Origin: Brevinematia bacterium
GTDB taxonomy: Bacteria > Spirochaetota > Brevinematia > DTOW01
NCBI GenBank assembly: GCA_039630355.1
Contig: JBCNVF010000019.1
Span: forward strand, 2,142 to 66,141
Reading direction: 5' to 3'
DNA length: 64,000 bases
Shown here: positions 58,458 to 64,000 of the stretch, piece after piece
Layout of the letters: every line of letters begins with the position of its first letter
Numbering within the stretch: the first letter of the stretch is position 1
The notes under the pieces: generated by a model
Told to the model about the DNA's origin: nothing
The model's database searches: none
Seen by the model: the letters and a program-made list of their open reading frames with translations, nothing else
Made by a program: the position numbers and the translations under genes

Positions 58458-60032
58458 ATGGATGCGCTTTCTAGGAGGATAAAGATTCAGAAAGCTATAA
58501 AAGAATTCTTTACTGCTTTTGCGTTTCTTTCTCCGAATTTCTTTGGTTTTCTTTTGATAACAGCGTTTCCGGTAGTAGCGGTATTCTTCTTAGCGCTTAC
58601 AAAGTGGGACGGTATTAGTTATCCATCTAATGCTGAGGGAGAGGTTACTTTTGTTATTTCTTCTCCTGCGCAGGAAGATATCACTATACCCAAGGGGACT
58701 ATAATAGAGTCTGATGTTACCATAGACAAGAGATTTTCTGGAAGAGTTGATAAGAATTTACTCCAGTCACTTACATACAGGCTACCTAAAATAGGCGAGA
58801 CTACGATATTGCCTATTTCGGTTAAAGGTAAGGAAGAGTTTACTTACACATTTCCTGAAAAACACGAGTTTGATGTAGAAGTTATAGTTAAGTATCTTGA
58901 TGAGAATAACAAGGAGGTGATAACGAATACTATTCTAAAGTTTGAGAATGATAGTGAATTTGAGATAGCAGTAGGTAGTTCTGTTGAAGTTTCTGGTAGG
59001 TTTAAAAGTGTAGTTAGCGGAATTTACAAAGAGGGGCTTGAGGTTTCTGCAGAGTCAATAAGTATTAAGTCTGTGTATTCTAGGAAGATTGTATTTACTG
59101 GGATTGTAAAGGAGAGTGTGACTATTCCTAGGGGGGCTACGAATGCCAACTATCCAGTTAAGGTTTCTTCAGTAAAGGTAGGAGAAGAGTTTAACTTGCA
59201 GGAGGGAACGGTTCTTGTTCCTAAAGGTGATTTTCCTGCTGAAGGTGTTAAGGGAATTGTTGATATTTCTTTCATTGGTGGGAGGACGGGAATACAGTTT
59301 GTGGGTTTTGAGAACTTCAAAAAGCTCTTTACCAGAGATAAGGACTTCTGGAGGTATTTCATAAATACCTTGATATTTATGCTTGAGATTCCGCTGGGGA
59401 TGGCTTTTGCTATAATCCTTGCTCTTGCTCTGAATCAGAGGCTTAAGGGTATAGCTGTGTTTAGGACTCTTTACTTCCTGCCTTATATTTCAAACTTGGT
59501 AGCGGTTGCTATGTTGTGGAGATGGATATACAATGATCAAGGCTTACTGAACGAGTTTTTGAAGTTGATAGGTGTGATTAATCCTCCGAGCTGGCTAGGT
59601 GATGGTAACTGGGCAAGAATTGCTATAATCATTATGGATGTATGGAAGAATGTAGGATATACTATGCTTGTTTATCTTGCTTCACTTCAGCAGATACCGT
59701 CTTTTTTGTATGAAGCAGCAGATATAGATGGTGCTAATGAGGTGCAAAAGTTTGCTTATATCACTTGGCCAATGCTTGCGCCTACGAATTTCTTCATAAT
59801 CATAATTGGTATAATAAATGGGTTCCAAGCATTTGGTTCGCAGTATGTTTTGACGGGTGGTGGTCCTGCGGGAGCTACAAAAACTATAGTTTACTACATT
59901 TACAACAATGCCTTCCAGTGGTTTCAGATGGGATATGCTGCAGCTTTGTCAGTATTTCTGTTCATCGTCATGATGATATTTACAATAGTTCAGTGGAAGT
60001 TGAGTCAAGAATCTACCACCTCTTCGTGGTAA
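58458..60032 (+). CDS. Sugar ABC transporter permease (MalF/UgpA-like) with a roughly 270-aa N-terminal extracytoplasmic extension
   Basis: C-terminal 6-TM core with EAA-like loop (YEAADIDGANEVQKFAYITWP). N-terminal TM, then a beta-rich domain. Confidence 0.8.
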   Translation: MDALSRRIKIQKAIKEFFTAFAFLSPNFFGFLLITAFPVVAVFFLALTKWDGISYPSNAEGEVTFVISSPAQEDITIPKGTIIESDVTIDKRFSGRVDKNLLQSLTYRLPKIGETTILPISVKGKEEFTYTFPEKHEFDVEVIVKYLDENNKEVITNTILKFENDSEFEIAVGSSVEVSGRFKSVVSGIYKEGLEVSAESISIKSVYSRKIVFTGIVKESVTIPRGATNANYPVKVSSVKVGEEFNLQEGTVLVPKGDFPAEGVKGIVDISFIGGRTGIQFVGFENFKKLFTRDKDFWRYFINTLIFMLEIPLGMAFAIILALALNQRLKGIAVFRTLYFLPYISNLVAVAMLWRWIYNDQGLLNEFLKLIGVINPPSWLGDGNWARIAIIIMDVWKNVGYTMLVYLASLQQIPSFLYEAADIDGANEVQKFAYITWPMLAPTNFFIIIIGIINGFQAFGSQYVLTGGGPAGATKTIVYYIYNNAFQWFQMGYAAALSVFLFIVMMIFTIVQWKLSQESTTSSW

Positions 60033-60039
60033 TAAATAG

Positions 60040-60996
60040 ATGGAGGGTTGTATGGCAACTAGGGAAGCGTTCTATGGTCAGAGTTTAGTTGAGGAGAGAA
60101 AGAGAAAAGAAAGGATAAGGAACTTGATAGCTTATATAATTCTCTCAATAGGTGGTTTTACAATGGTGATACCCTTCTTATGGACAATATCTACTGCGCT
60201 TAAAGATCCTGAAGATATTTACGATAAAAGGTTCATACCACAGAGGTTTGGATATATCTATGTTGATCAGAAGGGGAATTTCGTAACTGGTGGTTATAGA
60301 GAAGGTTATGAGCAAGTGAGGGCGTGGTGGGCTAACTTCGTTAAAGCGTGGATTTCTGTGCCTTTTGACAAATACTACAGAAACAGTCTTATAGTAGCTA
60401 CTGTTACCACATTCGGGCAACTTGTGACTTGCACTCTGGCAGCGTATGCTTTTGCAAGAATGAGATGGTTTGGTAGGGATGCAATATTCCTTCTCTACCT
60501 AGGCACGCTGATGATTCCATTCACAGTTACAATGATACCAGTGTATATACTCTTCAAGACTCTAGGTCTTGTTAATACCCTTATAGCAGTTATTTTGATT
60601 GCTCTTTTCTCAGCATTTGGCACTTTCTTACTTAGACAGTTTTTCGTGTCTATTCCTTACGACCTTGAAGAAGCAGCGTTTATTGACGGGGCTAACAGAC
60701 TCCAGATACTGTGGCATGTTATACTACCTCTGTCAAAAGGAGCCTTAGCAACCCTAGGGACATTTACTTTCCTCTTCCAGTGGAATGACTTTCTATGGCC
60801 GTTGGTTGTTCTAAATTCAGAGGAGGTGAAGACTATACCTGTTGGGCTTACTGCATTCCAGACAGCTTATGGTTCTCAGTGGGAACTCGTTATGGCTGCA
60901 TCGCTGATAGCGCTTATACCTGTCATAATAATATATGTTTTCAACCAGAGGTTCTTTACTGAAAGCATAATGCTTACAGGATTCGGTGGAAAGTAA
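60040..60996 (+). CDS. Sugar ABC transporter permease (MalG/UgpE-like)
   Basis: EAA motif EEAAFIDGANRLQILWHVILPL; 6 TM helices. Confidence 0.85.
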   Translation: MEGCMATREAFYGQSLVEERKRKERIRNLIAYIILSIGGFTMVIPFLWTISTALKDPEDIYDKRFIPQRFGYIYVDQKGNFVTGGYREGYEQVRAWWANFVKAWISVPFDKYYRNSLIVATVTTFGQLVTCTLAAYAFARMRWFGRDAIFLLYLGTLMIPFTVTMIPVYILFKTLGLVNTLIAVILIALFSAFGTFLLRQFFVSIPYDLEEAAFIDGANRLQILWHVILPLSKGALATLGTFTFLFQWNDFLWPLVVLNSEEVKTIPVGLTAFQTAYGSQWELVMAASLIALIPVIIIYVFNQRFFTESIMLTGFGGK

Positions 60997-60998
60997 GC

Positions 60999-61271
60999 AT
61001 GAACGAAATAGGTATAGTGTTAAGGCTTCTTAATGAAACGCTGATTCAGACTGCTATACTATCGTTGCCGTTTCTGATTGTTTCATTACTTGTGGGGTTG
61101 ATAGTAAGCATATTCCAAGCTACTACATCAATTCAGGAGCAAACTCTCACTTTCGTTCCTAAGCTTATAGCGGTAGGTCTTCTTATGCTATTGCTAGGTC
61201 CTATTCTTGTAAGAATTTTCACGGACTTTACGTTACGCCTATTTGATCTGATGGTTACAGGGATAAGGTAA
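60999..61271 (+). CDS. fliQ: Flagellar biosynthesis protein FliQ (type III export apparatus)
   Basis: 89 aa. ILSLPFLIVSLLVGLIVSIFQATTSIQEQTLTFVPKLIAVGLLMLLLGP closely matches the FliQ/SctS consensus (SIFQAATQIQEQTLSFVPKL). No fliP or fliR adjacent. Confidence 0.8.
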   Translation: MNEIGIVLRLLNETLIQTAILSLPFLIVSLLVGLIVSIFQATTSIQEQTLTFVPKLIAVGLLMLLLGPILVRIFTDFTLRLFDLMVTGIR

Positions 61272-61294
61272 GAGAAGTTGTAAGTCTTTTCTGT

Positions 61295-62602
61295 TTAAGT
61301 TAGGGTTTCGCTAGGTTTTGCAACTTCGTCAGGATGTGCGATTCTTCCCATTATGGCGGAAGCTACCGCAACTGCAGGGCTTGAAAGGTAAACCTCACTG
61401 GTTGGTGCATCTCCCATTCTCCCAACAAAGTTTCTGTTTGTTGTTGAGATTGCCTTTTCTCCTTTGCCTAGTATTCCGACATGTCCACCAAGACATGGAC
61501 CGCAAGTTGGCATTGTTACTACTGCCCCAGCTTCAAGAAAGATTTCAATAAGTCCTTCTTTCAGTGCTTTATAGTATACAACCTGAGTAGCTGGAGTTAT
61601 TATGCATCTGACTTCCGGGTGTATTTTTTTTCCCTTGAGTAGTTCTGCTACTACTCTCAGATCTTCTATTTTTCCGTTGGTGCAGGATCCGATGAAAGCT
61701 TGATCTATCTTGATATGGGTTAGCTCTGAAACGTTTTTACAGTTTGATGGGAGGTGTGGTAGGGCAACTTGTGGTTCTATTTTGGATACGTTGTATTCTC
61801 TGATTTCAGAATACTTTGCGTCTGGGTCTGAGGTGTAGAGTTTATATTTTCTCTTTGCTTGTTTTTCTATGTAGGAAAGGGTTTTTTCGTCTGCTTCAAT
61901 TATTCCGGTTTTTCCGCCAGCTTCAATAGCCATGTTAGTTATTGTTAATCTTGACTCAAATGACATTTGTCTAATAGTTTCTCCCGAAAACTCCATAGCT
62001 TTGTATAGTGCTCCGTCAACTCCTATATCTGAGATTGTGTAGAGTATTAGATCTTTTGAGGAAACCCATTTTCCCATTTTGCCGTAATATATGAACTTAA
62101 TGCTTTCAGGAACTTTTAGCCAGATTTCTCCTGTTATCATAGCATAAGCGAGATCTGTAGAGCCAACTCCAGTTGCAAAAGCTCCGAGTGCTCCTAGTGT
62201 GCAGGTATGAGAGTCTGCTCCTATTACTAGATCTCCGGGCAGGACCAATCCTTCTTCTATCAGAAGTATATGCTCTATTCCTACTTTTCCGATTTCGTAG
62301 AAGTAGGGTAAATTCAGTTTCCTAGCAAACTTTCTGAGAATGTTTATTTGGTCTGCGCTTTTTATGTCTTTTGCTGGAGAGAAATGATCTGGAATGAGTG
62401 CTACTCTTTCTTTATCAAAGACATCGCTTGCTCCTACTTCTTCAAACTCCTCTATTGCTATTGGGGCGGTTATATCGTTGCCGAAGCAGAAGTCAATTCT
62501 AGCGTTTATTATCTCTCCGGGTTCTACATATTTTCTGCCGATGCTACCATTATCATTTATAGCGTGCTCTGCTAAGATCTTTTCAGCGATAGTCATTCCC
62601 AT
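61295..62602 (-). CDS. leuC: 3-isopropylmalate dehydratase large subunit (aconitase-family, short/archaeal-type LeuC)
   Basis: MTIAEKILAEHA N-terminus, Fe-S cluster Cys ligands (MPTCGPCLGG, IGSCTNG). No leuD downstream. Confidence 0.8.
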   Translation of the reverse strand: MGMTIAEKILAEHAINDNGSIGRKYVEPGEIINARIDFCFGNDITAPIAIEEFEEVGASDVFDKERVALIPDHFSPAKDIKSADQINILRKFARKLNLPYFYEIGKVGIEHILLIEEGLVLPGDLVIGADSHTCTLGALGAFATGVGSTDLAYAMITGEIWLKVPESIKFIYYGKMGKWVSSKDLILYTISDIGVDGALYKAMEFSGETIRQMSFESRLTITNMAIEAGGKTGIIEADEKTLSYIEKQAKRKYKLYTSDPDAKYSEIREYNVSKIEPQVALPHLPSNCKNVSELTHIKIDQAFIGSCTNGKIEDLRVVAELLKGKKIHPEVRCIITPATQVVYYKALKEGLIEIFLEAGAVVTMPTCGPCLGGHVGILGKGEKAISTTNRNFVGRMGDAPTSEVYLSSPAVAVASAIMGRIAHPDEVAKPSETLT

Positions 62603-62729
62603 AAGGCTACCTCCTAGAAAAAATACAAAAGTAGTATAGATTTTTCAAGGCTAAAATGTTATATGGTAGTTTTCTGTTTTTTCCACTTAAGAGTATAGAT
62701 GTGGTAAGTTCCAAGGTTTGGTAGTTGGG

Positions 62730-62830
62730 AATGGTTTTTCTTTTTTCTCGCAGTCCCTGACGGGACTGGGTGAGTGGTTTCTTATGAATACTTTCTCGGT
62801 AGGTTTAGTGGGCTTGATGGAGAGTGGTTT
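62730..62830 (-). repeat. Type-1 repeat fragment G (3' portion, inverted on + strand; forward relative to leuC) with hairpin CAGTCCC-TGAC-GGGACTG (62751-62768)
   Basis: TTTTTCTCGCAGTCCCTGACGGGACTGGGTGAGTGG matches 18618-18652 and the reverse complement of 8440-8470. Confidence 0.55.
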
Positions 62831-62978
62831 TTGTGGTTGGAGGGGGTGTAAAGGGTTTGAGAGTTTGTTTACTTGTCTAGTGGGAGTTAGGGTTTGTTAT
62901 CTAAACTACTGGGTGTACCTTTTATTTTTGGGTTTTTCAACTTGCTGTTTAGTCAAGGTGGGGGGTGGGGTCTTGGGG

Positions 62979-63617
62979 TTATGTTCCTAGGAAGTCTTTC
63001 AGTTTTTCCATTGTTATGGGCTTATCTTTCGTTGAGAGCAATCTCTCAATGTATTTTCCTATTATGTCAAACTCAATGTTTACATACTCTTCTGGCTTGA
63101 GGTATTTTATGTTTGTGTTTTCGTAGGTGTGAGGTATGACTGCTACTGAGAAAGTTCTAAGTGAATCGTTTATTTCTGATATGGTTAGACTTATTCCGTC
63201 TACTGCTACTGAACCTTTGTAAACTAAGTTTTTCATGAAGTTCTTGGGGATGGATATTGTAAGTTTGTATGAATTTCCGATGGGTATTATTTCGTTTACT
63301 TGTCCTATGGTGTCAATGTGTCCTAGAACTATGTGACCGTCAAGAAAACTTGAGGGGGTTGATGGGAGTTCTAGGTTTACTACTGTGTCTGGTTTGAGTT
63401 TAGGGATGGTGCTTTTTTCTGAGGTTTCGCTACTTACGAAGAAAGTGAGTTCATCTGGTGTTTTTCTGATAACGGTTAGGCATGCGCCATTTACTGCTAC
63501 GCTACCGCCAATTTCTACAACTTTAGAGACTTCCGGAGTTTTTATGGTTATCTCGCCATCGGTTTTGTTAAGGGATCTAACAATGATTCCTGTGTATTTT
63601 ATTATACCTGAGAACAT
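62979..63617 (-). CDS. ribE: Riboflavin synthase alpha subunit (start at MFSGII; ORF extends to 63653)
   Basis: MFSGIIKYTGII...GGSVAVNGACLTV and second lumazine-binding repeat GSVAVDGISLTI. Confidence 0.88.
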   Translation of the reverse strand: MFSGIIKYTGIIVRSLNKTDGEITIKTPEVSKVVEIGGSVAVNGACLTVIRKTPDELTFFVSSETSEKSTIPKLKPDTVVNLELPSTPSSFLDGHIVLGHIDTIGQVNEIIPIGNSYKLTISIPKNFMKNLVYKGSVAVDGISLTISEINDSLRTFSVAVIPHTYENTNIKYLKPEEYVNIEFDIIGKYIERLLSTKDKPITMEKLKDFLGT

Positions 63618-63677
63618 AAGTTTAGTATATTTGCCGAGGGTGTCTTTTTTCAAAGAATGACGAAACGGAAAAGTATT

Positions 63678-63706
63678 GTTTCAATCTCTAGAATTAGTCA
63701 AGAAAC
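63678..63706 (-). CRISPR. Degenerate terminal CRISPR repeat (trailer end)
   Basis: GTTTCAATCTCTAGAATTAGTCAAGAAAC shares GTTTCAATC...AAAC with the 30-bp consensus; 50-bp spacing to the first canonical repeat. Confidence 0.5.
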
Positions 63707-63756
63707 CTGCATATCTCTCGTAAGAAATAAACTTACCTTCATCGCTTCTCATTCTT

Positions 63757-64000
63757 GTTTCAATCCCTAAAAGGACAGGTAAAAACAATAATGGAAGTGA
63801 AGAAATATGACAAAAAACAAGCGTTGTTTCAATCCCTAAAAGGGCAGGTAAAAACAAAAACCTCCGAAGAAGGTAAGGATTGCTGTTCAAAGTTTCAATC
63901 CCTAAAAGGGCAGGTAAAAACTTCTCGGTTTGTTTCATTTCTTGTTGCTTTATTTTCAGGTTTCAATCCCTAAAAGGGTAGGTAAAAACAATAAAGGGGT
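63757..64000 (-). CRISPR. CRISPR array (4 repeats in window, runs off the window end). Repeat GTTTCAATCCCTAAAAGG[AG]CAGGTAAAAAC, 30 bp; spacers of 39, 36 and 38 bp.
   Basis: Repeats at 63757-63786, 63826-63855, 63892-63921 and 63960-63989, with unique spacers. Minus-strand reading ends ...ATTGAAAC (canonical 8-nt 5'-handle source), so crRNA transcription is probably right-to-left with the leader beyond 64000. Confidence 0.9.

Noticed and set aside
62718-63100. ORFs 62718..62990 (+) and 62894..63100 (+) with Gly/Val/Leu/Cys/Trp-rich products
   Set aside because: Translation artefacts of the GT-rich skewed intergenic tract and of the antisense strand of ribE; no RBS and no coherent protein features.
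63681-63973. ORFs 63681..63938 (-) and 63755..63973 (+) in the six-frame track
   Set aside because: They lie entirely within the CRISPR repeat-spacer array. Their peptide sequences (LPALLGIET... and FQSLKGQVKT...) are just translated repeats, not genes.
1-64000. Mobile genetic elements (IS, integron, prophage, integrative element) and rRNA genes
   Set aside because: No transposase, integrase, recombinase, phage structural or rRNA-like sequences were recognised. The only repeats are the short non-coding type-1 and type-2 families and the CRISPR array.

Overview
This 64-kb window is chromosomal DNA from a low-GC (about 38-40%) bacterium whose proteins have thermophile-like composition (rich in Lys, Glu, Ile, Val and Arg). 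About 57 protein-coding genes are dense on both strands, and almost all are recognisable housekeeping genes: lon, recN, pyrH, ftsZ, rpsB, hom, secA, ruvA, glgP, hup, mnmE, gyrA, plsC, rpmJ, rpsM, manC, ruvC, lpxC, purK, purE, rimO, pgsA, hslU, fabI, fmt, nadK, rpsI, rplM, serA, malFG-like permeases, leuC and ribE. There is one tRNA-His(GUG) and a CRISPR array that runs off the 3' end of the window with no cas genes in view. No transposase, integrase or phage genes were seen. lpxC indicates a diderm organism, and FliD-like and FliQ genes indicate flagella. Gene order is unusually scrambled: rpsB, pyrH, rpsM, ruvA, ruvC, gyrA, hslU, leuC and fliQ all lack their usual operon partners. That fits Aquificae-like or similar thermophiles, but the taxon assignment is low-confidence inference. 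The most unusual content is non-coding. (1) A roughly 220-bp intergenic element family, type-1, occurs at least six times as full or partial copies. (2) A roughly 330-bp composite leader element, type-2, occurs twice, upstream of ftsZ and of an ABC permease; it carries an anti-SD/SD hairpin in front of a conserved small ORF, followed by a sigma70-like promoter. (3) A conserved hairpin CAGTCCC-N4-GGGACTG sits in type-1 fragments. (4) A perfect 12-bp inverted repeat lies in front of a thioesterase gene, next to a tandem-cNMP-domain Crp/Fnr regulator. (5) A 200-bp G-tract-rich, strand-skewed stretch is in the leuC leader. Protein-level oddities include a McsB-like guanidino kinase homolog with apparent active-site substitutions, hslU without hslV, and a hypothetical four-gene cluster at 37-40.7 kb. 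Coordinates derived by hand from the printed sequence may be off by 1-2 nt.
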